Below, in pieces: positions 1 through 10,000 of a stretch of 64,000 bases of DNA. The notes under the pieces were generated by a model. The model saw nothing but the letters and a program-made list of their open reading frames with translations. It searched no databases and was not told where the DNA came from. Within the stretch, counting starts at the first letter, position 1, and each line of letters opens with the position of its first letter. Position numbers and translations under genes: made by a program. Source of the stretch: Archangium sp. (GTDB taxonomy: Bacteria; Myxococcota; Myxococcia; Myxococcales; Myxococcaceae); assembly GCA_035645295.1 (NCBI GenBank), contig DASQMW010000075.1, positions 270-64,269 on the forward strand, read 5' to 3'.

Positions 1-1117
1 GGTTGGCCACACTGCCCACCAGCGTGAGGTTGCCGGCCAGGGTGGAGCCGAGCGCCAGCACGTGCCAGCCCAGCACGGGATCATGCAGTGTGGGCACCCA
101 GGCACGCGCCAGCATGACGAAGGGCACGTTGCTGAAGAGGTTGGAGGCCACGAGCGTGAGCCCGGCGAAACCGAGCGTCTCGCGCCAGGGCGGCCCGGAC
201 ATGAAGGGCGAGAAGACGCGGTAGATGTCATCCGCCCAGCCGGCCTTGTTGACGCCGTAGACGACCACGAAGAGACAGGCGAAGAAGAGCAGCAGGACGT
301 AGTCCACGCGCTCGATGGCCTGACGGGGCGGGGCGCGGCGGGAGAGCGTCATCACCACCGCGGCGCCGGCCAGGGCGCTCCAGCTCATGGGCAGGCCGAT
401 GAAGAAGGCGGCCACCACGCCCACGAGCGTGACGAGCGTGAGCCCGAGCAGCGGCCGGTCCACGGGCGGCGGAGGCGGGTGCGTGTCGAAGCGCTCGTGC
501 GAGAGCTGCTTGCGGAAGACGAAGAGGAGCCCCGCGACGACCACGCCGGTGGAGAGCACGGCCGGCAGCGCCATGTAGGCCACGAATTGCGCATAGGGCA
601 GCCCGGAGGCGCCCTGGATGAGCATGTTCTGGGGGTTGCCGGTGAAGGTGGCCACCGAGCCCGCGTTGGAGGCCATGCACACGGCCAGCAGGTACGGGAT
701 GGGAGGCAGGCGCGCCTCCTCGACGACCACCAGCACCAGCGGGGTGAGCATCAGACAGATGGTGTCGTTGACGAGGAAGGCGGAGAGGAAGGCGCTGGTG
801 CAGGCCACGGCGACGAGCAGCAGCCGGGGCGTATGGGCCTTGCGCAACGCCCAGGCACCGGCCGCGCGGAAGAAGGCGGCCTGCGAGAGGTAGTCCGCGA
901 TCAGCATCATCCCCAGCAGGAGCACGAGCGTGTCCATGTCCACGGCGTGCCGGTCGGGGTCTGAGCTGTAGTTGAAGACCTCGGAGGGGGCGACGACACC
1001 GGCCACCACCATGAGGACGGCGCCCACGAGCGCGCCTCCCGGGCGATCCAGCTTGGGGAAGGGGAGGCGGATGCCGGCGATGAAGACGTAGGTGAACAGG
1101 AAGATCGCGAGGGCCAA
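1..1117 (-). CDS. ArsB/NhaD (IT superfamily, YbiR-like) anion permease, 3' end runs off the window
   Basis: Manual translation from TTG 1117: MALAIFLFTYVFIA..., AFLVNDTICLMLTP, ASNAGSVATFTGNPQN, SNLFSNVP, STLAGNLTLVGSVAN; many TM segments. Not in the ORF track because it is open at the edge. Confidence 0.85.
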   Translation of the reverse strand, partial: MALAIFLFTYVFIAGIRLPFPKLDRPGGALVGAVLMVVAGVVAPSEVFNYSSDPDRHAVDMDTLVLLLGMMLIADYLSQAAFFRAAGAWALRKAHTPRLLLVAVACTSAFLSAFLVNDTICLMLTPLVLVVVEEARLPPIPYLLAVCMASNAGSVATFTGNPQNMLIQGASGLPYAQFVAYMALPAVLSTGVVVAGLLFVFRKQLSHERFDTHPPPPPVDRPLLGLTLVTLVGVVAAFFIGLPMSWSALAGAAVVMTLSRRAPPRQAIERVDYVLLLFFACLFVVVYGVNKAGWADDIYRVFSPFMSGPPWRETLGFAGLTLVASNLFSNVPFVMLARAWVPTLHDPVLGWHVLALGSTLAGNLTLVGSVAN

Positions 1118-1183
1118 GGCGGGCGGACAGTAACCGAAAGCCTTCTGCTAGGCTGCGCCGGACTTTCTCGGAGGGGCAGGGGC

Positions 1184-2257
1184 ATGGCAGGCACCGACCG
1201 CCACGACGGACCGGTGGAGATCGACGGAAGCGAGGGCGAGGGAGGAGGGCAGATCCTCCGCTCGGCGCTGTCGCTGTCGCTCATCACCGGGAGGCCCTTC
1301 CACATGAAGCACGTGAGGGCCAACCGCCAGCCGCCGGGATTGAGGCCGCAGCACCTTGCCTGCGTGCGGGGCGCGGAGGCCATCAGCGGGGGCCGGAGCG
1401 AGGGCGCGGAGGTGGGGGCCTCGGAGTTGCACTTCGAGCCAGGGCCGGTGAAGCCGGGCAACTACGTGCTGGAGGTGGGGACGGCGGGCAGCACGCCGCT
1501 GCTCTTCCAGTGCCTCTTCTACCCGCTGGCGCTGGCGGGGGGCGGCTCGCTCACCCTGCGCGGGGGGACGCACCTGCCGCACAGCCCCAGCTACCACTAC
1601 GTGGTGGGTGTATGGCTGCCGGTGGCGAAGGCGTACGGGATGAATGTCTCGCTGCGCCTGGTGCACGCGGGCTTCTACCCGCAGGGGGCGGGAGAGTTCA
1701 TCGCCGAGGTGGAGCCGGTGCGCGATCCGCCGAGCCGGGTGGAGCTGCCGGCGCGCGGGACACTGCGGGACATCGCGGTGGGCTCGTTCGTGGGCGGGCT
1801 GCCCTTCGGCATCGCGGAGCGGCAGTCCAAGGAGGCGGTGGCGGCGTTGCGCGAGCGGGGCATCTACAGCCACGCGGAGAACCGGCCGCTGCCGGTGACG
1901 CACTCGGTGGGGACGGTGACGTTCATCCTGGCGCAGTTCGAGCACACGATCGCCGGCTTCACGGCGCTGGGGAAGCGGGGACGTCCGGCGGAGGACGTGG
2001 GGCGCGAGGCGGCGGACGAGGTGGCGCGCTTCATGGAGAGCGGGGGCGCGCTGGACGAGCACCTCGGGGATCAGATCCTCCTGCCCGCGGCGCTGCTGGC
2101 GGCGGGGAAGCTGGGCCCCTCGTCTCCGGGGACGACACGCTACACGACGGCGCGGGTGACGGAGCACCTCACCACGCACGCGTGGCTCATCGAGCACTTC
2201 CTGCCGGTGCGGGTGACGGTGGAGCCGGGAGGCGCGGTCGAGGTCGCTCCGGCCTGA
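1184..2257 (+). CDS. rtcA: RNA 3'-terminal phosphate cyclase
   Basis: IDGSEGEGGGQILRSALSLS, PGLRPQHL, LRGGTH, GFYPQGAG, LDEHLGDQ (catalytic His). Confidence 0.95.
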   Translation: MAGTDRHDGPVEIDGSEGEGGGQILRSALSLSLITGRPFHMKHVRANRQPPGLRPQHLACVRGAEAISGGRSEGAEVGASELHFEPGPVKPGNYVLEVGTAGSTPLLFQCLFYPLALAGGGSLTLRGGTHLPHSPSYHYVVGVWLPVAKAYGMNVSLRLVHAGFYPQGAGEFIAEVEPVRDPPSRVELPARGTLRDIAVGSFVGGLPFGIAERQSKEAVAALRERGIYSHAENRPLPVTHSVGTVTFILAQFEHTIAGFTALGKRGRPAEDVGREAADEVARFMESGGALDEHLGDQILLPAALLAAGKLGPSSPGTTRYTTARVTEHLTTHAWLIEHFLPVRVTVEPGGAVEVAPA

Positions 2258-2395
2258 TTGCCGTCTGTCTCCCGAGGCCCGGCGGCATGCCCCGGCGGGT
2301 GGGGCTGTCCTCTTTTGACTTTCCTCCACCCCCTGGGGAATCGTCCGGGCGTCCCGCTCCTCCTGCCGCGGGGCATCGAACGAAGGCACTCCCTC

Positions 2396-3580
2396 ATGCG
2401 CATCGCCCACTCCCGTTGGAGCCACGCACTCGTCGCCGGGCTGCTGCTGGCTGGCTGCAAGTCGAGCAAGGACAAGGAGCCCACGCCGCCGGCCCAGGCC
2501 ACCGTGACTCCCGCCGCTCCGAAGCCCGCCGCCCCGGCCCCCGTGCCCACTCCGGCGCCCGTCACCGATGCCACGCTCTCGTTCGTGGAAGACTCCCGCG
2601 ACGGCAAGTGCCGCTGGGAGCAGCAGACGCCTCCAGGCGAGCCGAGGACCGTCTTCACTGTCTCCGCCCAGTGCAGTGGCGTGAAGCTCGCCTGGAGCGC
2701 GGACGGCAAGGAAGGGCTGATTCATGTCGCGGCGCAGGACGAGAACGGGCAGCCGGGAACCTGGCGGGTGGATCTCGCGACCGGCAAGGGGACCCCGCTG
2801 CCGCTCCCCTCCCTGGGGACGCTCGGGGCGCTCGGCTTCGATTCGCAGGGGCACCCCCTGGCGCTCATGGAGGATGTCATTTCGTTGGAGGATCTCCTTC
2901 CCGCCCACCTGAAGCTGGTCAAGACCAGCGAGGGAGAGAATGAAACGAAGGAAATCCTCTTCGAGGGGAAGCGCTACCCGATGGCCCAGGATGGGCTTCC
3001 GGGCCTGGCGCACGCCTTCCGCCTGGAGGGCGGTGCGTGGAAGCGCATCGAGACGAAGGACACCTCCTACGGGTGGGACTACGCGGCGGACGTCCGCGCC
3101 CTCGACGCGTACGACGCGATGGGGCCCACCCCCGAGAAGCTGGAGGCCGCGGCCCGCGAGGCCCTCGAGCCGGTGGCCGAGGACGCCCCCGAGCTCGCGC
3201 AGCTCAATGCGGTGCAGCAGACGTCGGACACCGGAAACTGGAAGCAGCTCGAGACCCTGGGTGGCCCGCTGTACGCCTGGGAGAGCCAGGACGGCGAGTT
3301 CCCCGTCCTCTCGATGCCCGTGCGCGTGAAGGGCGCGAAGGGCCTCGTCGAGCCGGAAGGGTTGGATCTGCGCGAGGCCATCTCGGTGTCCACGCGGGGT
3401 GAGTGGGTGCTCTTCCGCGGACAAGGCTCCGAAGACGAGAACGTGGCGCGGCTGTGGAACGTGAAGACGAACAAGCTCGTCACCTCGCGGATCGCCAACA
3501 CATGGGTCACCTTCTGGCCCAAGCCCTCCGGCCTGGCCGCGAGCACCCCGGTCCCGGTGGCCGGCCCGACCCCTCCGTGA
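2396..3580 (+). CDS. Hypothetical lipoprotein with Pro/Ala linker and beta-rich (propeller-like) body
   Basis: Signal peptide with LLAGC lipobox, PA-rich linker, LAWSADGK motif. Confidence 0.75.
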   Translation: MRIAHSRWSHALVAGLLLAGCKSSKDKEPTPPAQATVTPAAPKPAAPAPVPTPAPVTDATLSFVEDSRDGKCRWEQQTPPGEPRTVFTVSAQCSGVKLAWSADGKEGLIHVAAQDENGQPGTWRVDLATGKGTPLPLPSLGTLGALGFDSQGHPLALMEDVISLEDLLPAHLKLVKTSEGENETKEILFEGKRYPMAQDGLPGLAHAFRLEGGAWKRIETKDTSYGWDYAADVRALDAYDAMGPTPEKLEAAAREALEPVAEDAPELAQLNAVQQTSDTGNWKQLETLGGPLYAWESQDGEFPVLSMPVRVKGAKGLVEPEGLDLREAISVSTRGEWVLFRGQGSEDENVARLWNVKTNKLVTSRIANTWVTFWPKPSGLAASTPVPVAGPTPP

Positions 3581-3593
3581 GAAAATCCACCCG

Positions 3594-4589
3594 ATGAGCG
3601 CTGCCCTCGACGTCGTCCTGGAAGCCGGAAATATCACCGACGCACGCGCGGACGTGGTGCTGCTCAAGCACGCCCAGAGCTTCTACGGCGCGGATCGCGC
3701 CGTGGCCCTGCGGCTCGAGTACGCGGGCATCCCGATGGATCGGTTCTCGGTGCCCATCGGAGATCATGTCTTCATCGAGACACGAGGGGCCATCGGCTCG
3801 CCCCTGGCCCTCTTCCTCGGGACCGTGAAGCTGGGGAAGTTCGGCTACCACGAGATCCGCCAGTTCGCGGCCCGGGCGCTCAAGGCGCTCGAGTCGCGCT
3901 CGGACATCCGCCACATCGCCTGCACGGTGCACGGCCCCAACTACGGCCTGGATGAGGACGAGGCGGCGCTCGCGCTCGCCGGAGGCCTCGTCGAGGCCTT
4001 CACGCGGGGCGCCGGGCCACAGGGCCTGGAGCGCATCACCATGGTGGAGCTGGATTCGCGGCGCGCGGAGCGGCTGCGCGGGGCCCTGGAGCGGGGACTG
4101 GGGAAGAGCCCGGGGGTGGAGCCCCTGCCGAGCGGTTGGGGCTTCCGCGTCAAGCGCATGAGCCAGCACGTCCAGGCGCCGCCCATGGCCACGGCCGGGG
4201 CGCAGTCGCTGGCCAAGCCCCACGCCTTCGTCGCCATGCCCTTCGCGCCGGAGATGGAGGATGTCTACCACTACGGCATCCTGGGCCCGGTGAAGGGCGC
4301 GGGCCTCCTGTGCGAGCGCGTGGATCAGGCCGTGTTCGAGGGCGCCATCATCCAGCGAATCAAGGAGCGCATCGACACGGCGAAGGTCGTCATCGCGGAC
4401 CTCTCCATGGCCAACCCGAACGTGTACCTGGAGGTCGGCTACGCGTGGGGCAAGGGGCGGCCGACCATCCTGCTCGTCCGCGACCTCAAGGAGCTCAAGT
4501 TCGACGTCGCGGCCTACCGCTGCCTCGTGTACCGCAACATCCGCGATCTGGAGAACCAGCTCTCGCGCGAGCTGCAGCATCTGGGCTGA
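3594..4589 (+). CDS. Macro-like domain fused to nucleoside 2-deoxyribosyltransferase (NDT)-like domain
   Basis: N-term GNITDARADVV...GAD...HGPNYG (macro fold); C-term AFVAMPF...VIADLSMANPNVYLEVGYAWG...FDV. Confidence 0.7.
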   Translation: MSAALDVVLEAGNITDARADVVLLKHAQSFYGADRAVALRLEYAGIPMDRFSVPIGDHVFIETRGAIGSPLALFLGTVKLGKFGYHEIRQFAARALKALESRSDIRHIACTVHGPNYGLDEDEAALALAGGLVEAFTRGAGPQGLERITMVELDSRRAERLRGALERGLGKSPGVEPLPSGWGFRVKRMSQHVQAPPMATAGAQSLAKPHAFVAMPFAPEMEDVYHYGILGPVKGAGLLCERVDQAVFEGAIIQRIKERIDTAKVVIADLSMANPNVYLEVGYAWGKGRPTILLVRDLKELKFDVAAYRCLVYRNIRDLENQLSRELQHLG

Positions 4590-4604
4590 GCACTCCGGGC
4601 GCCC

Positions 4605-4799
4605 CTACTTCGCTTCCGGCTCCGGGGACTTTGGCCGGAAGAGGGGGCAGCGGAGCACCGGCTGGGGCGCGTACTTCTGCGGCAGCAGCGGGCAGAGGAT
4701 GAACGTGGACGTCTTCGTCCGCACGTACTTCGGCGGTGCCGCGCAGCGGTGGCAGAGGCTCGTCGGGAAGGGCAGGGGGGACGGCGGAGTCTCATCCAT
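4605..4799 (-). CDS. Small Cys-rich protein (64 aa)
   Basis: ATG preceded by AGGGG; CxxC plus two further Cys (LCHRC...ILC...LRCP). Confidence 0.65.
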   Translation of the reverse strand: MDETPPSPLPFPTSLCHRCAAPPKYVRTKTSTFILCPLLPQKYAPQPVLRCPLFRPKSPEPEAK

Positions 4800-4890
4800 G
4801 TTCCCCCTACCCACGCCCGTCCCGCGAGCGGATGTCAAGCGCGAGCATCAGGGGCACACCTCCTGACGCCCGCCGGGCCGACGCCCTTCC

Positions 4891-6333
4891 TCAGGGCATG
4901 CTGGCGTTGAGACAGGCGGGCTGCCCACCGGTGAGGAAGTAGTTGTTCGTGCGCAGCAGCAGGTGCCCGTTGTCGGTGGAGGGGTTCGTCTGGGCCTGCT
5001 CACCCGCGCCGAAGATCATGCCGATGCCGTGGGCTGCGGCCACCTCCTGCGGATGGTCGAAGAAGTAGTCCAGACGGTTGTCCTTCCAGTGCTGGTCGTA
5101 GCCGGGCATCGACATGTTGCCCACGGGGATCTGCCACCAGAGGTTGGGCCGGCCCATGCGCTCCGAGAGCGCCTTGGCGAACCGGAAGGCCTGGCGGAAG
5201 TGGGGGAGCGTGGTGTTGGTCTTGTCCCACCAGCTGTTCCGTCCCAGGCGCACCTGGTAGTACTGGGCATCGCGGTCACTCGTCTCCACCACGACGAAGT
5301 CCCCCGCGGCGCCACCACACTCCGAGAGGAAGTCGGCCACCTTGCGAGCCTCGGCCTCCACGTCGAGCGCGGGATTCGTGTTCATCATGGCGTCGATCTT
5401 CGTGGCCCACGCCGAGGCATGCAGGCCCACCTTGGCGTTGGGGGCGTACTTGCGGACCATGGCAATCATGCAGCGGCCCATGCCGGCGATGGTGTTCTCC
5501 ACGTTCGCGCAGTCCGTGGGATTGGCCGAGGCCACCGCCGCCGGAATCATGTGAGGATTCGTGTTCACCTGCTGCGCGTAAGCCCAGAAGTCTGGCTCGA
5601 TGTGAAGCAATGCGGTGGAAGTCCCAATCTGCTTCAACACGAAACGCCAGTCATTGTAGTAGCGCTGCATCAGGGAGACGTTCTGCGCCGCCGCCACCTC
5701 CTGCGCGCCCTCCGCCACCCGGCTGGTGTGGAGCATCTGATAATAGGTGATCATGGGGATCTGCCCCAGATTGATGGTCTGCTGGAAGTAGTCGCGCAGG
5801 TACTGCCCCGGGGGGAGCTGATCCCACTGCCAGCAGCCCCACCACCCGCAGCCATTGGGATTCCAGTTGGAGCAGGACTGCCCGGCGGCGGAGCAGCTCG
5901 AGCTGCACGAGTTGCAGGGCGCCACGCTGTCGAACAGGCCTCCCGCGAGGTAGATGTAGCGGAGATCGAACGGAGCCAGCCCGGCCACGGCGCTGTCCGT
6001 CTGTCCACCGACGAGCACGTGGTCCTTTCCGAGGGACTCGAGCAGAGGCTGGCCGAGGCAACTCGTGGGCGGGGGCGTGCCGGCGTCTGGAGTGCCCGTG
6101 CCCGCATCCGGAGTGCCGGCGTCCGAGCCGGTGCCCGCATCAGGGCCGCCCGTGCCGGCGTCTGGAGTGCCCGTGCCCGCGTCCGGAGTACCGGCGTCTA
6201 CCGGACACTTCTTGCAGATGCTTCCACCACCACCGCGGGAGGCCGCCTCGGCTTCGGGGGGGGCTCCGCTCAAGGTGTAGAAAAACAACAACCCGGGGAC
6301 CAACAGCAACAACCAACGAGCGCTGGAGCGCAT
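4891..6333 (-). CDS. Secreted protein with PDAGT linker and putative glycoside-hydrolase-like TIM barrel
   Basis: Signal peptide, PDAGT repeats, LHIEPDFW, ETSDRDA, WWQIPVGN; fold is inferred. Confidence 0.75.
   Translation of the reverse strand: MRSSARWLLLLVPGLLFFYTLSGAPPEAEAASRGGGGSICKKCPVDAGTPDAGTGTPDAGTGGPDAGTGSDAGTPDAGTGTPDAGTPPPTSCLGQPLLESLGKDHVLVGGQTDSAVAGLAPFDLRYIYLAGGLFDSVAPCNSCSSSCSAAGQSCSNWNPNGCGWWGCWQWDQLPPGQYLRDYFQQTINLGQIPMITYYQMLHTSRVAEGAQEVAAAQNVSLMQRYYNDWRFVLKQIGTSTALLHIEPDFWAYAQQVNTNPHMIPAAVASANPTDCANVENTIAGMGRCMIAMVRKYAPNAKVGLHASAWATKIDAMMNTNPALDVEAEARKVADFLSECGGAAGDFVVVETSDRDAQYYQVRLGRNSWWDKTNTTLPHFRQAFRFAKALSERMGRPNLWWQIPVGNMSMPGYDQHWKDNRLDYFFDHPQEVAAAHGIGMIFGAGEQAQTNPSTDNGHLLLRTNNYFLTGGQPACLNASMP
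6073..6200 (-). repeat. Coding tandem repeats (PDAGT(G/P) units)
   Basis: Repeated gtgccggcgtctggagtgcccgtgcccgc units. Confidence 0.8.
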
Positions 6334-6704
6334 GAGGTACCTCGCGAATTCGGGTCTGGAATCTCTGACATGAAAAAAGACTCACGATCCACGAGGGCGG
6401 CCACGATCAATTCCTTTTCTCCATTCTATTTGATGATAGGAATTGCGATGCCGATATAAGTTTTCGGGGGAATACGAGAAATTCCGGCGCTGGTGAAGGT
6501 TTTCAAGGCGAGTCCTCGCGCGCGCGCACCTTGGACTCCCTCGGACCTACTCCCAGCCAGGACGAAGCTTGTTCGCTTTTGAGTGCATCCCTCGCCTGAG
6601 TAGATGCCCGTCCACCTGCCGAGCAGCCAGGAGATGTGCTGGTGCACAGCCATGGCTCTGGGGCGCCTGCTTGCGTGACCCGAGGCCTGCGTTACCTCCG
6701 ATCA

Positions 6705-6908
6705 ATGACCGACGTCTCCCATGTCCATGCGTCAACGCGCGACTACACGCTGCCCGAGGGTTGCCCCTCCTGTGGTGCGGACCTGCCGGTGCGCGTCTCC
6801 GCGGCCGGTACCCACGGCGTCTGCAAGCACTGCGGGTGGTTTGGCCGTCCGCTCCTCACGGTGACCCACCAGGGCCTGCGCATCTCCTACGAGGGCGCGA
6901 AGGCCTGA
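6705..6908 (+). CDS. Small zinc-ribbon protein (67 aa)
   Basis: CPSCG...CKHCGW, GC3-biased codons. Confidence 0.7.
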   Translation: MTDVSHVHASTRDYTLPEGCPSCGADLPVRVSAAGTHGVCKHCGWFGRPLLTVTHQGLRISYEGAKA

Positions 6909-7036
6909 CCCGCCTGAAGGGCTGCGGGAGGGGCGGGCAGCCATCGGCGCTCTCCGCTGTCGTGAATCTCTCCCGCGCCCCCGTGCTCCAAAGTCCAAAG
7001 AACAGAAAGGAGGGGCAAAGAGCGCTGGGAGCGCCC

Positions 7037-10000
7037 ATGAGCATGCAGTCGAGCCTGGGTTCCGAGTCCGATTCCTTCTTGAGGAGGCTGCTTCAGGAGA
7101 GCAGCCCCCCACGAATGCCCTTCCCAGGGGAGCAGCTGGGAGGACGGGAGGGGCACCGCTTCAAGGTGCTCGAGAAGCTGGGCCAAGGAGGTATGGGACA
7201 GGTCTTCCGGGCCTGGGACGCGGAGCTCCTGCGCGAGGTGGCGCTCAAGTTTCTCCTGCCTCAACCGGGGTTGGCCGAGGCCGCGCTTCGGGAGGCCCGG
7301 GTGATCGCTCACCTGGATCACGAGAACATCGTCCGCATCTTCGATGTCGGCGAGTGGCGCGGCGCCCCCGGTGAGCGCCAGGTTCCCTTCCTGGTCACGG
7401 AGTATCTGCGGGGGGAATCGCTCGCCTCGCTGCTGCGGCGGGAGCGGCTTGGCCTGCGGCGCACCTTCGAAATCCTGGACGCCATCACCACGGGTCTGGC
7501 CCATGCCCACCAGCGCCACATCGTCCACAGGGATCTCAAGCCGGGCAATGTCTTCCTCACCGGACAGGGGACGGTGAAGCTGCTCGACTTCGGGCTGGCC
7601 CACCTCACCGTCTCGAATTCCTCCTATGCACCCGAGCTGCCGGCCGGAGGCACGCCAGCCTACATGGCACCAGAGCAATGGCATGACGCACGGCAGGACG
7701 CGCGCACCGATGTCTGGGCCGTGGGGGTCCTGCTCTACGAGATGCTCACCGGGCGGCTGCCCTTCCCGAGCGCGACCTTCGAGGAGCTGCGGGAGCAGGT
7801 GACGTCCGCCCAAGCCGTTCCCCCGGTGCGGGCGCACTGTCCGGAGCTACCCCGGGAGGTGGAGTCCCTCCTGTCCAATGCCCTGGCCAAGGATCCGGCG
7901 CGGCGCTTTCCCTCCGCGTTGGAACTCCGGCAGGAGCTGAGGGAGCTCGTGGTGCACCTCGGCCTCGACCCGGTGGCTCCGCGTTCCTCCGAGCCCCAGC
8001 GCCGGCAGGTGACGCTGTTGTGTTGTCAGCTCACGGGCCTCGTGGACTCCGGCAAGCCGCTCGACCCGGAGGACATGGATGAATGGGAGGCGGCCTTCCA
8101 CCAGGGTTGCTCGGACGTCATCCAGCAACACGGTGGCTCCGATGCCTTCCACCTGGCGCAAGAGGTGATGGCCTGTTTCGGTCATTCCCAGGCCCGTGAG
8201 GATGACGCGGAGCGCGCGGTCCGGGCGGGGCTCCTCCTGGCCGGGAGCCTCCCGGAGAACCTCCGGCGGAGGATGCCGGGCGGGCCCCAGCCGGGGCTGG
8301 CCGTGAAGGTGGGCATCCACACGGACCTGATGTCCCTGGACGTGCGCGCGCCGGCCGCGTCGGGCCCGGCCCTGACCCTCCTGGGTGAGGTCCCCAAGGT
8401 GGCTGCCTGGCTCGCGAAGCAGGCCGGGCCCGGCGAAACGCTCCTCGGGGACACGACCGGGCGGATCGTGCGGGGAGCCTTCGAACTGGAGCCCCTCGGT
8501 CCCCGTTCCTTCGAGGGCTTGTCGGGAACCACGGCGCTGGAGGTCCACCGCGCACGCAGGGAGAGACAGACCGTGGTCCGGTTCGATCGGGCGCTCGCCG
8601 CTGGGGACATCTCCCCGCTGGTGGGGCGGGACCGCGAGTTGCAATGGCTGCTCGACAAGTGGGAGCAGGCCCAGCAGGGGCAGGGGGCGTTCGTCCTGCT
8701 CCACGGCGAGGCCGGTATTGGCAAGTCCCGCCTCATCCGGGAGCTGATCGAGAAGGTGTCCCAGCAATCAGCGGTCCTGCTCCAATTCCAGTGCTGGTCT
8801 CAGCTCTTCACCTCGGCCCTCCAGCCTGTCGTCCAGGTCCTCCAGCGCCTGTTCCAGCTCTCCGGGACGGACACTCCCCAGCAGCACCTGAAGGAGCTGG
8901 AGGAACGGCTGGGCGCGCTCGGGTTGTCTTCGGAGGACGTGCATGTCCTCGGGCTGCTGCTCTCGCTGCCTGTCGCCGAGGACTCGGCCGTCCGCCTCTT
9001 CACGCCCGAGCGGCGCAAGGAGAAGACCTTCGCGGCCCTGGTGGCCCTGTTCCAGCGCACGACGCTGGTGCGGCCCGTGCTCGTCACCATCGAGGATTTG
9101 CATTGGGCCAACTCCACCCAGGTGGAGTTCCTGAGCTTCCTCCTGGAGCGCATCGAGGGGGCCCGGGTCCTCGTCGTCCTCAGCGCCCGCCCCGAGTTCC
9201 AGGTGGGCTGGCCCCGGCGCCCCCCGCTCCACGTGCTCCAGGTGGAGCGCCTGCCAGCGGAGTCCGCGGCGATCCTGGTGACGGAGGTCGCTCGCGGCCA
9301 GCGCCTGCCCGGGGAGACCCTTCAACAGCTGGTGAGCAGGACGGACGGCATCCCGCTCTTCATCGAGGAGCTGACGCGGATGGTGCTCGAGGGGACTCCG
9401 GCCGGGTCCACCCGGGACGGAGGGCTTCCGCGGTCCATTCCTGTCACCCTGCGCGAGCTGTTGCTGGCGCGGCTGGACACCCTGGCTCCACGCCAGAAGG
9501 CGCTGCTGCAGCTGTGCGCGGTGATGGGGCGCGACTTCACCCATGCGCTGCTCGCGGCGCTCGCGGACCTCGACGAGGAGTCGCTGAGGCGCGGGCTCGC
9601 GGGGCTGAGGGAGGCGGGACTGCTCCAGGAGCGGGAGGGGACGAGTGAGCCCAGCTACCAGTTCCGGCACGCGCTCCTCCAGGAGGCGGCCTATCAATCC
9701 CTGTCACGGAACCTGCGGCGGCGGAAACATCGGCGCATTGCCCAGGTGTTGACGGAGCGTTTCCCCGAGGCCGTCCAGTCCAAGCCCGAGGTGCTCGCGC
9801 ACCACCACACGGAAGCCGGAGAGAGCGAGTCGGCCATCCAGTACTGGGCGCTGGCCGGACACCTCGCCCGGATGCGCGCGGCCCCCGTGGAAGCGGTGCG
9901 CTACCTCACCCAGGCGTTGACGCTGCTGCGCGGCCTTCCAGAGGACCCTCGGCGCCTCGTCGAGGAGCTGCAGTTGGTAGGCACTCTGGGCAGCCCCCTG

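Noticed and set aside
1184-2257. rtcA as partner of the release-factor-like Clp system (by analogy to rtcB-prfH)
   Set aside because: It is 14 kb away with unrelated genes in between; no rtcB, rtcR or prfH in the window.
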